This document shows positions 18,292 to 28,234 of a stretch of DNA of 56,414 bases, in pieces. Below the pieces are notes generated by a model. That model was not told the DNA's origin. It was given only the letters and a program-made list of their open reading frames with translations, and ran no database searches. Location: positions 1 through 56,414 of the forward strand of contig JAAEKA010000039.1 of the NCBI GenBank assembly GCA_014155705.1, in the 5' to 3' direction. Made by a program: the position numbers and the translations under genes. The stretch is from Anaerolineae bacterium clx_CAG2 (lineage in GTDB: Bacteria > Chloroflexota > Anaerolineae > JAAEKA01). How positions within the stretch are numbered: position 1 is the first letter of the stretch; each line of letters begins with the position of its first letter.

Positions 18292-19446
18292 ATGGTGTGT
18301 CTGGCCAGCGAACCGGCTCAGGGGTCATGGCCCATGTCAAACGAGATAGCACAGGCTGGCCGACAGCCCCGCGCGCGCTGGCGGTCTATGCTCCGCAATC
18401 GCCGCCTGTGGCTGGGGCTGATCTTCAGCGTCGGCTGTCTCGTGTTGGCGATGGTGGACATCGACTTCGGCGAGATGGCAGCGGCGTTGCGCTCGGCAAA
18501 CCTGGCCTGGCTGGCTGCGGCCGCCCTGACGGTCTTGCTCACCAACTCGGCCAAGAGTTGGCGTTGGCGGTTGTTGTTATACGCCAACCCCATACCTGCC
18601 GCAGCCGGCGAAAGCCCGCCCGTCAGGATCGGCCTGGGCCGGCTGACGAACATCTGGACTGCTGGCGCCGGTGTCAACCTGGCCTCGCCTGTGCCGCGTT
18701 CCGGCGACCTGTTGCGTGTCTATTTCGCCAGCATTGCGGGCGGGATCAGTAAATCGCTGGTGCTGGGCACCATTGCGGCCGAGAAGCTACTGGACATAGT
18801 GCTGCTGGCGGCTTGTTTCCTGGGGTTGGTGCTTTTTGTCGCCATACCCCAGGAGTTGGCGCAACGCCAGATCACGACTGTTGGGGTTGCGCTAACGCTG
18901 ACGTTGATCGTGGCAACGCTGCTCTGGCAGCGTGAGCGGCTGCTGGGGTTGTCAGGAAGACTTCTGGGCCGTATTCCGCGCGGCGCTCAGGCCGCTGACA
19001 GCATGGCCAGGGCGCTGCAAGGACTGGAGGCGTTGCGCCGACCGGGCCGGTTGCTGGCTCTGTCTGTGTTGAGCGTCGCCATCGGTTTTTTGTCGGTTTC
19101 GACTGCGTACCTGGTTTTCCTGGCCCTCGATATGCCGCCATCCTGGGTGCAGAGCCTGCTGCTGTGGGTGGTCTTGCAGGTCGGCGGGGTTGTGCCCTCG
19201 ACCCCTGGCAAGATCGGCGTGTTTCAGGTGCTGTGCCGCTGGACGCTGGGTCTGTTTGGCGTTTCAGCGGCGCTGGGACTGGCTTACGGCATTCTGCTCT
19301 ATCTGGTGGCTCCGCTGCTGTTGATGATCCTCGGCGCGCTGGCGCTGGCCGTCGAAGGTTGGCGCATCGGCCGCCTGCCGCCTGACCTGGATTTGACGCT
19401 CGCTCCAGCGTCCAGCCAGGATCCGGCCACAAGCCGAGAGACGTGA
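18292..19446 (+). CDS. Flippase-like / lysylphosphatidylglycerol-synthase-TM-like (UPF0104) membrane protein
   Basis: Polytopic membrane ORF; an alternative start is ATG 18334. Its stop TGA overlaps the next ATG (ATGA at 19444-19448). Confidence 0.45.
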   Translation: MVCLASEPAQGSWPMSNEIAQAGRQPRARWRSMLRNRRLWLGLIFSVGCLVLAMVDIDFGEMAAALRSANLAWLAAAALTVLLTNSAKSWRWRLLLYANPIPAAAGESPPVRIGLGRLTNIWTAGAGVNLASPVPRSGDLLRVYFASIAGGISKSLVLGTIAAEKLLDIVLLAACFLGLVLFVAIPQELAQRQITTVGVALTLTLIVATLLWQRERLLGLSGRLLGRIPRGAQAADSMARALQGLEALRRPGRLLALSVLSVAIGFLSVSTAYLVFLALDMPPSWVQSLLLWVVLQVGGVVPSTPGKIGVFQVLCRWTLGLFGVSAALGLAYGILLYLVAPLLLMILGALALAVEGWRIGRLPPDLDLTLAPASSQDPATSRET

Positions 19447-20264
19447 TGGTCAAGCCGCACGAGCCAGGCGCTCTCAACACTCTGGGCAAGCGCTTCGCGC
19501 CACGTCTGACGCCGCTGCTGACCTACCCAGCCCTGGCCCAGGCTGTCCGTCACCTGGAGACCTATCTGGGCGTCATCCAAGGCAAAGGCAGCGGCACAGG
19601 CTGGGACCTGGATGCCTAGGTGCGGGTGGCGCTGGCTGCAATCCACCGTCCCGACGCAGTCGTTATCGATGTAGGCGGCGGCCGCGGAGACTGGACAGCA
19701 GCGCTGTTACATGCCTTACCCATGGCCCGGGTCCTGATGTTGGAGCCATCGGCGCCAGCGCTGCATCACCTGCGCGAGCGATACCTGGCGCGGACGACGG
19801 TGATTCCTGCTGCAGCGGGCGATCACCCAGGCAGCGCTGTGCTCCATGTCCCGCGTTGGGACGCGGCAATTGCTTCGTTGCACGTCCGGCGCGACAGCTA
19901 TTTCCAGCAGGAGCAGTTCCAACCACAGCCCGTTCAGGTGGTCACTCTGGACCAGGTGATCACAGCCTTTGGTCTGGCCGTGGTTGACTTCGTCAAAATC
20001 GATGTGGAAGGCCATGAGTTGGCCGTGCTGCGGGGCGCGCGCCATGCCCTGCAGGCCGGCCGGATCAAGGCGCTGGCCTTCGAGTTTGGTTCGGGAAATC
20101 TCAATTCCCGCACCTTCTTCCACGACTTCTGGGACGAGCTGCGGCCCTTGGGATTTCATCTGCAGCGCATCTGTCCAGGCGGCGTCTTGTTGCCGGTCGA
20201 CGAATACTACGAAGACCTGGAGCATTTTCGGGGCGTGAGTAATTACCTGGCTGCCCTGAGATAG
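19446..20264 (+). pseudogene. FkbM-family methyltransferase interrupted by one in-frame TAG (19617-19619)
   Basis: ATG 19446 opens a 57-codon frame (…YLGVIQGKGSGTGWDLDA) that ends at TAG 19617-19619. The track ORF 19620..20264 continues in the same frame (VIDVGGGRGDWT ... FVKIDVEGHELAVLRGA, FkbM signature). Confidence 0.6.
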
Positions 20265-20297
20265 CGTGAGTCTGCCACATCCCTCAAGAAACGCTGC

Positions 20298-21926
20298 ATG
20301 TTGATGAAAACCGTCTCGGTGATAGTTCCAGCCTTCAACGCGGCCGGAACCTTAGGCGAATGCCTCGCTGCGCTGCTCAAACAATCCGTGGCGCGCAGCA
20401 GCTACGAGGTCATCGTTGTAGACGACGGTTCATTGGATGCTACCGCTGACGTCGCAGCCCGCTATTGTGGCGAGGGCGTGCAACTGGTTCGGCAGGACAA
20501 CCAGGGCGCGGCCGGCGCTCGCAATACGGGGGTAGCCCACGCTGCGGGTGATCTTCTGTTGTTCACAGACTCTGACTGCGTGCCACAGCCCGATTGGATT
20601 GAGCGCATGGTTGCGGCATTCGCCGATCCCGAGACGGTAGGCGCCAAGGGCACCTATCTGACCTGCCAACGCCGCCTCGTCGCCCGTTTCGTCCAGATCG
20701 AATATGAAGACCGCTACGACCGCATGCGTGACCAGGAGCGCATCGACTTTGTCGATACCTATTCCGCCGGCTATCGTCGCGACATCTTTCAGCAAAACGG
20801 CGGTTTCGACGTATCCGTGCGCTTCGTCGAGGATCAGGAGTTCAGCTTTCGTCTGGCTGAAAAGGGCTACAAGCTGGTGTTTGTGCCTGAGGCCAGGGTC
20901 TCTCATTTGCACGATCAGGACGTGATAGAGTACGTCGAACGCAAGTTCAACATCGGTGTCTGGAAAGCGCGCGTGATGCAGCGCCACCCTGAGCGCCTGG
21001 CCAACGATACGCACACGCCGCCTGTGCTCAAACTACAGATCCTGTTGCTGTTCTTGTCTCTGCCGCTGCTGTTAACCGGCCTGACGATGCAGCAGCTTGG
21101 AGTGGTTTGGTGGCAAGCCGTTGCAGCTCTGGGCGCGGCGAGTGTTTTGGCCTTTCTCGCCAGCGGCCTGCCATTTCTGCTGAAAGCATGGCGCAAAGAT
21201 CGTATGGTAGCGCTGGTGACGCCCGCGATGTTGGCGGTGCGAGCCACGGCTCTGGGTGGCGGATATGCGGTCGGTTTGTTGCGCTTTCTACATCTGGAGC
21301 CGCAAGAGCGGCCTGTGCTGCGTGCCCGTCAGCGCTTTTTGAAGCGACTGGTAGATCTGGTAGGCGCTGCCATCAGCTTGATCGTAACAGCGCCCATTGG
21401 CCTGGCCGTTGCCGTGGCGATCAAGCTGGACTCAGCCGGCCCGGTTCTGTATGCTCAGGACCGCGTCGGGACCAACGGTCGCACGTTTCGACTGTTCAAG
21501 TTTCGCACCATGGTGCAAGGCGCCGACAAGCAGCTTGGTGAGCTGATCGACCTGACCCGCCTGGAAGAGCCCGCGTTCAAGCTGAAAGACGATCCTCGGG
21601 TGACGCGCGTTGGCGGCTTTCTGCGCCGGACCAGCCTGGACGAACTGCCGCAGCTTCTCAACGTGCTGCGCGGTGAGATGAGCCTGGTTGGACCCCGACC
21701 CGAGGAATCGTGGCTTGTCAGACTGTACAACGATCAGCAACGCCGCAGGCTGGCCGTCAAGCCAGGCATGACAGGTCCCATGCAGGTCAATGGCCGCGCC
21801 GATTTGAGCTTTGCTCAGCGGCTTGAGTTGGAGTTGGACTACATCGAGCATTATTCCTTGCGCCGCGACATTGCTATCTTGCTCAAGACGATCCCTGTGG
21901 TGCTAAAAGGCAATGGCGCTTATTGA
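20298..21926 (+). CDS. Fusion protein: family-2 glycosyltransferase (N-terminal), TM region, bacterial sugar transferase / polyprenyl-phosphate glycosylphosphotransferase (C-terminal)
   Basis: N-terminal VSVIVPAFNAAGTLGECL...YEVIVVDDGSLDAT (GT2). C-terminal KRLVDLVGAAISLIV...PVLYAQDRVG.NGRTFRLFKFRTM...SLDELPQLLNVLRGEMSLVGPRPE (Bac_transf). Confidence 0.8.
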   Translation: MLMKTVSVIVPAFNAAGTLGECLAALLKQSVARSSYEVIVVDDGSLDATADVAARYCGEGVQLVRQDNQGAAGARNTGVAHAAGDLLLFTDSDCVPQPDWIERMVAAFADPETVGAKGTYLTCQRRLVARFVQIEYEDRYDRMRDQERIDFVDTYSAGYRRDIFQQNGGFDVSVRFVEDQEFSFRLAEKGYKLVFVPEARVSHLHDQDVIEYVERKFNIGVWKARVMQRHPERLANDTHTPPVLKLQILLLFLSLPLLLTGLTMQQLGVVWWQAVAALGAASVLAFLASGLPFLLKAWRKDRMVALVTPAMLAVRATALGGGYAVGLLRFLHLEPQERPVLRARQRFLKRLVDLVGAAISLIVTAPIGLAVAVAIKLDSAGPVLYAQDRVGTNGRTFRLFKFRTMVQGADKQLGELIDLTRLEEPAFKLKDDPRVTRVGGFLRRTSLDELPQLLNVLRGEMSLVGPRPEESWLVRLYNDQQRRRLAVKPGMTGPMQVNGRADLSFAQRLELELDYIEHYSLRRDIAILLKTIPVVLKGNGAY

Positions 21927-23293
21927 ACCCGACCAGACGAATACGCGCTGCTGCGCAGAACACTATCGTGAACCATTCATCTGATTCAAGTATCCCGCAT
22001 AGAGAAACCGCGGCCAGGACGCGACAACGACGTCGCTCGCTTTTAGTCGCATTCGGCGTACTGTTGGTCGCAGCGCTAATGCTGCCTGCGTGCCGCTCAG
22101 GACAAGGGCCGGACTTATTTGGCGATGGTACGGCAACCGTGGCGCCTTGGCCCACGCCAGCCGATAGGCAGCCAGCGCCTACAGTTAGCGAAGCGCGGGC
22201 GCTGGACCCCCTGGTGCCGACTGTGCCAGCTACTCAACAACTGTCTGCACCCACTGCGCCAGCGACGAGTCAGGCGGTAATCACTCAAACTGTCGCCACG
22301 ACATCCACAGTGGAAGTGATGGCGCCTGCGTTAGCTGTCAGCGCGACGGCGTTGGAACCAGGCAATCTGCGCAGCCGTCTGGGAGTAGGCGTGCCGTTAG
22401 GTGTGGCCGACTTCGACTTCGATGCCGAGATGGCGCAGCAGCTTGGCATGGGTTGGTACCTCGATTGGCATATCAACCCCAGCCCCATCGATGTCGACGG
22501 GTTGGAGTATGCCCAGCTCTATGCCATGCGCGGCAACAATATTCCCTTGCGTCGGGCAACCATTGCAGAGGTGCTGGCAGCCAATCCAGGCGCGCTGTGG
22601 TTGGCTGGCAACGAACCCGACGTCATCTGGCAGGATAACAAGACGCCTGAGGAGTATGCCCAGCTCTATCACCAGTTTTACACCTTCGTCAAAACCCTGG
22701 ATCCCAGCGCCCAGGTGGCCATTGCTGGCGTCGCACAGGTGACTCCACTGCGGCTACAATATCTGGAAGAGGTGATGGCAGTCTATGAGCGCCTCTACGG
22801 ACAGCGGATGCCGGTGGATGTCTGGAATGTTCATGCCTTCATCCTGCGAGAAGATCGCGGTTCATGGGGCGTTTCGATCCCGCCGGGCTTCGAGGTTGAC
22901 CAGGGCATGTTGTGGGAAATCGAAGACCACGACGATTTGGACCTGTTTCGCCAGCAGATCGTCGACTTTCGGCGCTGGATGGCCAGAAACGGCGAGCGTG
23001 ACAAGCCATTGATCGTCAGTGAGTTTGGCATCCTCATGCCAACTGAGTACGGCTTTCCCCCAGAGCGCGTGGCCGAGTTCATGACTGAAACCTTCGACTA
23101 TTTGCTCACCGCCGCCGATCCGGACATCGGCTATCCCGCTGACGACAATCGCCTGGTGCAGCGACTGACCTGGTACAGCCTGAGCGATACAGTCTATCCG
23201 ACCGGCAACCTGGTCGATCCTACAACCGGTAAGTTCACCCTGTTGGGCGAGACTTTTGCCAACTATGCTGAACGTCTCGTTGAGTCGCCGTGA
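21923..23293 (+). CDS. Secreted/lipoprotein glycoside-hydrolase-like protein (clan GH-A, Glyco_hydro_cc-like)
   Basis: Hydrophobic signal with LPAC lipobox-like motif. LWLAGNEPDVIWQDNKTPEEYA and PLIVSEFGI look like acid/base and nucleophile strands. Paralog of the next gene. The start codon (TTG 21923) is uncertain. Confidence 0.45.
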   Translation: MNPTRRIRAAAQNTIVNHSSDSSIPHRETAARTRQRRRSLLVAFGVLLVAALMLPACRSGQGPDLFGDGTATVAPWPTPADRQPAPTVSEARALDPLVPTVPATQQLSAPTAPATSQAVITQTVATTSTVEVMAPALAVSATALEPGNLRSRLGVGVPLGVADFDFDAEMAQQLGMGWYLDWHINPSPIDVDGLEYAQLYAMRGNNIPLRRATIAEVLAANPGALWLAGNEPDVIWQDNKTPEEYAQLYHQFYTFVKTLDPSAQVAIAGVAQVTPLRLQYLEEVMAVYERLYGQRMPVDVWNVHAFILREDRGSWGVSIPPGFEVDQGMLWEIEDHDDLDLFRQQIVDFRRWMARNGERDKPLIVSEFGILMPTEYGFPPERVAEFMTETFDYLLTAADPDIGYPADDNRLVQRLTWYSLSDTVYPTGNLVDPTTGKFTLLGETFANYAERLVESP

Positions 23294-23407
23294 CAGCCCA
23301 GGTTGCTGTTCAGGCACTGACGCCTGAAGCGCCTTTCGGATTCTGCATCAATCTCGCGCACGGGGGTCCGCGCCAGTGTGCGTGAGTGATTTGACCAGAA
23401 ATGGGGA

Positions 23408-25729
23408 ATGATGTCGAGAAGGAGTTTTTTGATGATGCGTAAACTAATTAACCTGGTCACCTTGGCGATAGTACTGGTCTCAATGTTTCTGGTATCGCCT
23501 CGAGACGCTTTTGCCGACCCAGACACCACCAACTGCCTTTATCCGTCCCAGGCAGAACGCTTCGGTGTCACAGTTCATGCCGATCAGCAAATCGGCGACT
23601 TCAACGTAATGCCCCTGCGGTCTGGGCGCTATCTCAACTGGCGGGCCGATATCGTACCAGAACGACCGAACGCCATGAGCTTTTACTTCATGGTGCGTGT
23701 CGGAGAAACGGGGCATCGCCCCTCGGCCAGCGAGCTTCAAACGATTGCGTACAACAATCCCGGAGCGGTCTGGATCATCGGCAATGAGGCCGACGTGATC
23801 TGGCAGGACAACACCAGCCCGGCCGGCTACGTGCGAGCCTTTCACAGCGCTTACACGGCGATCAAGTCAGGCGATCCGACTGCCCGCTTCGTGATGAACG
23901 GCGTTGTCCAGGTGTCACCGCTGCGTCTGGCCTGGCTCGACCAGGTGTGGAACCTGTATCGAGCCAACTATGGCGTGGATATCCCGGTAGACATCTGGAA
24001 CATCCACACCTACGTGGCCAATGAGATGCACCAGGAGTGGGGATTTGAGATTCCACCCGGTATCAACAACGCTGTGGGCTACACCATCCGCGGCGGCAGC
24101 GACTGGGAGCAGGAGAATGCGCCAGCCGCCAGCGGCGGCACGGTCCATCGCAGCCGCACGCCGGGCGCCAGGGCCTATTTCGCCTTCCGCGGCAGTGCGG
24201 TCACGGTCTATCTGCGCACCGGGCCTGATGCAGGCATAGCCGAAATCTACCTGGATCAGGCGGCAGCACCGGTGGCCGAGGTCGATCTCTACACCTCAAC
24301 ACCAGGAACCATCAGCCGCACGTTTTCCAACCTCACGCCGCCGGGCGGCCTGCTGCAAGACCGCCATAATATCCGCATTCAGGTAACGGGCCGGCGCCAT
24401 GGGGCCTCCAGCGATACCTGGATTCGCGTCGATGCCATGGAGGCGTCCTCGACGGCCAGCTTGCCCAGTGGGCGCTTCGAGGACAACGATCCGCTGCGAG
24501 CCATGATTGTGGTTTCGGTCGACGACCACGACAACATCGATCTGATCACGCAGCAGATACGCGATTTCAGACAATGGATGCTCAACCGCGGCCTGCGCAA
24601 CAAGCCGCTGATCAACACCGAGTACGGTATCCTGATGACTGAGGACATCGGTTTCGACTATCCGCGCGTGCGCACCTTCATGCTGAATAGCTTTGATACC
24701 TTCCTCAACCATCTGACCGATCCAACTCTGGGCTACCCGGCTGACGACAACCGGCTGCTACAAGAGTGGTTCTGGTATTCTGTAGCTGTCGACGATTTCG
24801 AGGGGCGTGTCGTTCATACGGGCTTGTTTGATGCAGACACCAGTGCGATCAAACCGCTGGGCACTGATTTCGCCAACTTCGTCCAGCCGCTGCATCAGAA
24901 CTACGTGGATCTGGAGCTTTTCGGGGCTTCGGTGACGCCCTACTGGCCGATCTTTGCTGGCGACGCCGCCCTGTTGCGTATTCAGACCATGCTGCGCAAC
25001 CGCGGTAATGTTGCCAGTGGACCTTTCGACGTCACGTTCAGGGCCGGCAACGGCTCACTGCTCGGCGTTCAACCTGTCAGCGGCCTACCCAAACGCTATG
25101 ATCCCGGCTACTGGACTACCGTCACGCACGACTGGCGCGTGGTCATTTCGACATCGCGCGGCGTCAAGATCATTGCCAATGAGAACGGCCAGGTGGCAGA
25201 GCCCTGCCTGCCTAACAACGAAGCTTACATGCAGGTGACACCGCCGGCTTCCACCGACCTGGCCCTCAGCAACCTGCGCACAGATCCAGCCACGCTGCCG
25301 ACCATCCGTCCTGGCTCCACGATGACCCTTACCCTCCAGGTGGATCTGCTTAATCTGGGCAGCGTGGGTACATCTGCCTCTCAGGTGCAGGTCAAGTTCT
25401 GGAACGGCAATCCCAGCGCAGGCGGCGTCCTGATCGGCGCCCAAACTCTTACTCCCGCCAACGTCGCACTGCCGGCCACGATCAGCCTCCAATGGCCTAA
25501 TCGTGGCATTGGCCAGTACGAGGTCTACGCGCGCGTCGACCCGGTGCCGGAGGAAAGTAACGTACAGAACAACACGCAGCGCATCACCGTGCTGGTGTCT
25601 GGCAGCACGATCCGCCTGCCGCTGGTCACGTACCGCAACCGCTATCCAAGCGGGGCTGAGCTGGCGCTAGAACATCCTCTGTGGCAGCCTGCGCGTACGG
25701 TTGATCATCTGCCTGCTAGTGGACAATAA
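23408..25729 (+). CDS. Secreted glycoside-hydrolase-like protein with C-terminal CARDB/Ig-like domains
   Basis: Signal peptide MMSRRSFLMMRKLINLVTLAIVLVSMFLVSPRDAFA. VWIIGNEADVIWQDNTSPAGYV and PLINTEYGI are paralogous to 21923..23293. C-terminal beta-sandwich-like repeats (LLNLGSVGTSASQVQVKFWNG). Confidence 0.45.
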   Translation: MMSRRSFLMMRKLINLVTLAIVLVSMFLVSPRDAFADPDTTNCLYPSQAERFGVTVHADQQIGDFNVMPLRSGRYLNWRADIVPERPNAMSFYFMVRVGETGHRPSASELQTIAYNNPGAVWIIGNEADVIWQDNTSPAGYVRAFHSAYTAIKSGDPTARFVMNGVVQVSPLRLAWLDQVWNLYRANYGVDIPVDIWNIHTYVANEMHQEWGFEIPPGINNAVGYTIRGGSDWEQENAPAASGGTVHRSRTPGARAYFAFRGSAVTVYLRTGPDAGIAEIYLDQAAAPVAEVDLYTSTPGTISRTFSNLTPPGGLLQDRHNIRIQVTGRRHGASSDTWIRVDAMEASSTASLPSGRFEDNDPLRAMIVVSVDDHDNIDLITQQIRDFRQWMLNRGLRNKPLINTEYGILMTEDIGFDYPRVRTFMLNSFDTFLNHLTDPTLGYPADDNRLLQEWFWYSVAVDDFEGRVVHTGLFDADTSAIKPLGTDFANFVQPLHQNYVDLELFGASVTPYWPIFAGDAALLRIQTMLRNRGNVASGPFDVTFRAGNGSLLGVQPVSGLPKRYDPGYWTTVTHDWRVVISTSRGVKIIANENGQVAEPCLPNNEAYMQVTPPASTDLALSNLRTDPATLPTIRPGSTMTLTLQVDLLNLGSVGTSASQVQVKFWNGNPSAGGVLIGAQTLTPANVALPATISLQWPNRGIGQYEVYARVDPVPEESNVQNNTQRITVLVSGSTIRLPLVTYRNRYPSGAELALEHPLWQPARTVDHLPASGQ

Positions 25730-25731
25730 CC

Positions 25732-26565
25732 ATGCGATCTCCAAGCAACCTTCCACCCAATGAGCGTTTACGCTTACCCCATACCGTGGTCTGGGTCGTT
25801 GTTGGTCTGCTCATCCTGGGTGTGCTGGCCATCATGCCCGGAGCCTGGGCATTGCCCGACCAGGCTCCGGACTTCCAGACTGTGCCCACGTTGACGCCTA
25901 CTCCCACCCGGCCCGGTGGAGGCGCTACAGTGACGCCTGCAGCTACTAACACGCCGTTGCCTGGCGCTACGGCAACAAACACCCCGCCGCCTGGCGCTAC
26001 GGCAACAAACACCCCGCCGCCTGGCGCCACAGCCACCCATACGCCCACACCACAACCAAGCGCCACGCCTTCGCCAACTGGCACGCGCACCGTCTCTGCG
26101 CCAGCCGCACCCGTTGAGCCAGCCGCTGCCTCCTGCTGGACTGTACCCACCCCAGGCTTTGTCCCAGAGCGCACATTGTCGCTGAGGTGGAGTATCGAGA
26201 GTGACCAGGTTCTGGTAGTCCCTGGTCAGGTCATTACACAGCGCTTGCTGGTGGAGAACACAGGCGCCGTTGCCTTGCCTGACGTGCTGATCTGTAATCC
26301 CCTGGACCCGGATCTGGCGCCTGGCCAGCCAACAACCACGCAGGGGATGGCCAGCATGGAATCGGAAGGGCTGCTGGTAGAGCTGGGAGATCTGGCCGCC
26401 GGCCAGACTGCGCAGATCGAATTGAGCATGCGCATCCCGGCCGACTACCCGCTGGGCGGCGTGATCGAGAGCCAGGCATGGCTGTTCGCCGCCGGGCAAC
26501 GCGCCAGCACCGACCTGCTGACGTGGGCGCTGCCGCCTGCCTATCTGCCGCCCACCGGTCGATGA
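25732..26565 (+). CDS. Secreted/membrane-anchored repeat protein (Pro/Thr-rich decapeptide repeats, DUF11-like domain), ends in LPPTGR
   Basis: ORF follows the previous stop by 2 nt. N-terminal TM segment, PGATATNTPP repeats, LLVENTGAVALPDVLICNPLD (DUF11-like), C-terminus YLPPTGR-stop. Confidence 0.5.
   Translation: MRSPSNLPPNERLRLPHTVVWVVVGLLILGVLAIMPGAWALPDQAPDFQTVPTLTPTPTRPGGGATVTPAATNTPLPGATATNTPPPGATATNTPPPGATATHTPTPQPSATPSPTGTRTVSAPAAPVEPAAASCWTVPTPGFVPERTLSLRWSIESDQVLVVPGQVITQRLLVENTGAVALPDVLICNPLDPDLAPGQPTTTQGMASMESEGLLVELGDLAAGQTAQIELSMRIPADYPLGGVIESQAWLFAAGQRASTDLLTWALPPAYLPPTGR
25931..26050 (+). repeat. 30-bp tandem coding repeat (two exact copies flanked by degenerate copies)
   Basis: ctggcgctacggcaacaaacaccccgccgc occurs identically at 25961-25990 and 25991-26020, with diverged copies on both sides. 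It encodes PGATATNTPP units. Confidence 0.85.
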
Positions 26566-26572
26566 CACTGCT

Positions 26573-28168
26573 GTGCGACTGCAAGCCTGGCTGGCGCCTG
26601 GCGTCGTCTTTAGTCTGACGCTGGCAGTCTATGGGCTGACCGCCCCGACTGGCCTGACCTGGGCCCATGCCAGCGCCGACGGCGGTGATCTGATCACAGC
26701 CGCGCGCGTGCTGGGCGTGCCCCACCCCAGCGGCTACCCGACCTGGACGCTGTTGGCGGCGCTGTTCGATCAGGCGCCATTGGGCACGGCCGCATGGCGC
26801 GCCACCCTGTTGTCTATGCTCAGCGGCGCCACGGCCGCCGCGCTGGTGGCGGCTACCGTTCCCTGGCTGGCATCCCGCAACGACCCCGCTAGCACGGCGG
26901 GAGAACCTCGCTCCTTACGATCTTCTCCTGTCGTGCTTTTGTTATCTCTCGCGCCCGCGCTGGTCGCAGGGCTGGCGTTGGCCTTCGCTCCTTTACTTTG
27001 GGGCCAGGCCACCGTGGCCGAAGTCTACGCCTTGCACGCCTGTCTGGCCGCGGCCGCGCTGTGGGCGTTGGTACGCTGGCAGGCTTGCGGCGATGAACGT
27101 TGGGCCGCGGCCGCCGGGCTGTTCCTGGGACTGGGACTGGGCAACCACCTGACCACCGTCTGGCTGCTGCCGGCCGCGGGTATCGTGCTGTGGACGGGAA
27201 ATTCTCGCCGCCGCGGGCGAGCCAGCGCTGCCGTGGCGGCTGGCCTCGCGGCCGGGCTGCTGGTCTACCTCTATCTGCCTTTGGCCGCCGCGGGCGATCC
27301 CCCCGTCAATTGGGGCAATCCACGCACGCCGGATGGGCTGTGGTGGCTGGTATCGGGGCAACTTTACCGGGGCTACATCTTTGCCGTGCCGTGGCCCGAC
27401 GTGCCCGGCCGGCTGAGCGGCTGGGCGGCCGAGCTATGGCGCAGCTTTCTGCCCTGGGGCGTGGCCGCGGCGCTGCTGGGCATGGCGACGCTCTTTCAGC
27501 GCAACCGTCCTCTGGCAGCAGCCTTTTGCACCAGCCTGCTGCTGGGCCTGGTCTGGGCCGTGGGCTACAATACCAGCGATTCACTGCTGAGCTTGCTGCC
27601 CGGCTGGGTGATTCTGGCGCTGGCTCTCGGCGCTGGTGTGAGTACAGCCCTGAAGTGGCTGGCGAGCTGGAAACGCGGCGCGGCGCTGGTCGCTGCCCTG
27701 CTGGGCATTGCCTTGGCTGCAGCGCCGGTGGCCCTCCATTGGCAGGCGCAGAACCTGCACAACGATCAAACAGCCGAACAGTTTTACAGTCATGTGCTGG
27801 AGCACGCGCAGGCCGACGCCGTGGTCCTGACGATCGGCGACCAGGCTACCTTTGCCCTGTGGTACGGGCGCTATGGCCTGGGACTGCGGCCCGACGTGAC
27901 GCCAGTCAGTCGTGACCTGTGGGCGCTATCCAGCTACCGCGCCACCGTGGCCAGCCAGCACCCGGACCTGGCCGGATCAGCGCCGCCCGCTGATTGGGTC
28001 GATTTGGTGCAGGCTGCCGGGCAGCAGCGTCCGCTCTATTTGGCGCAGGCCGGGCTGGCGGATCCTCCCCATGCAGCCGGGGGCCAGCCTGCCCCCGCCC
28101 TTCCCGGCTACCGGCCGGAGTTAGTCTTGCAGGGGAATGGCTGGGCGCTATGGCGGTTGGATCATTGA
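26573..28168 (+). CDS. DUF2723 (TMEM260-like) polytopic membrane glycosyltransferase-like protein
   Basis: GTG start. N-terminal ADGGDLITAARVLGVPHPSGYP matches the DUF2723 signature (D.GEL...LG..HPPGYP), followed by many TM segments. Confidence 0.55.
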   Translation: MRLQAWLAPGVVFSLTLAVYGLTAPTGLTWAHASADGGDLITAARVLGVPHPSGYPTWTLLAALFDQAPLGTAAWRATLLSMLSGATAAALVAATVPWLASRNDPASTAGEPRSLRSSPVVLLLSLAPALVAGLALAFAPLLWGQATVAEVYALHACLAAAALWALVRWQACGDERWAAAAGLFLGLGLGNHLTTVWLLPAAGIVLWTGNSRRRGRASAAVAAGLAAGLLVYLYLPLAAAGDPPVNWGNPRTPDGLWWLVSGQLYRGYIFAVPWPDVPGRLSGWAAELWRSFLPWGVAAALLGMATLFQRNRPLAAAFCTSLLLGLVWAVGYNTSDSLLSLLPGWVILALALGAGVSTALKWLASWKRGAALVAALLGIALAAAPVALHWQAQNLHNDQTAEQFYSHVLEHAQADAVVLTIGDQATFALWYGRYGLGLRPDVTPVSRDLWALSSYRATVASQHPDLAGSAPPADWVDLVQAAGQQRPLYLAQAGLADPPHAAGGQPAPALPGYRPELVLQGNGWALWRLDH

Positions 28169-28234
28169 GGCGACCCGCGGACTGTGGGCTGCGGCACTTG
28201 CCAGAACGATCTCCCTGTGGTAGGTTACGAGACT

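Noticed and set aside
26548-26640. LPPTG at the extreme C-terminus of 25732..26565 as a sortase signal, possibly continued by frameshift into the hydrophobic start of the next ORF.
   Set aside because: The hydrophobic segment downstream is the genuine first TM helix and signature (DGGDL..HPSGYP) of the DUF2723 protein, in another frame with its own GTG start. Without a TM helix and basic tail, the LPPTGR end is not a canonical sorting signal.
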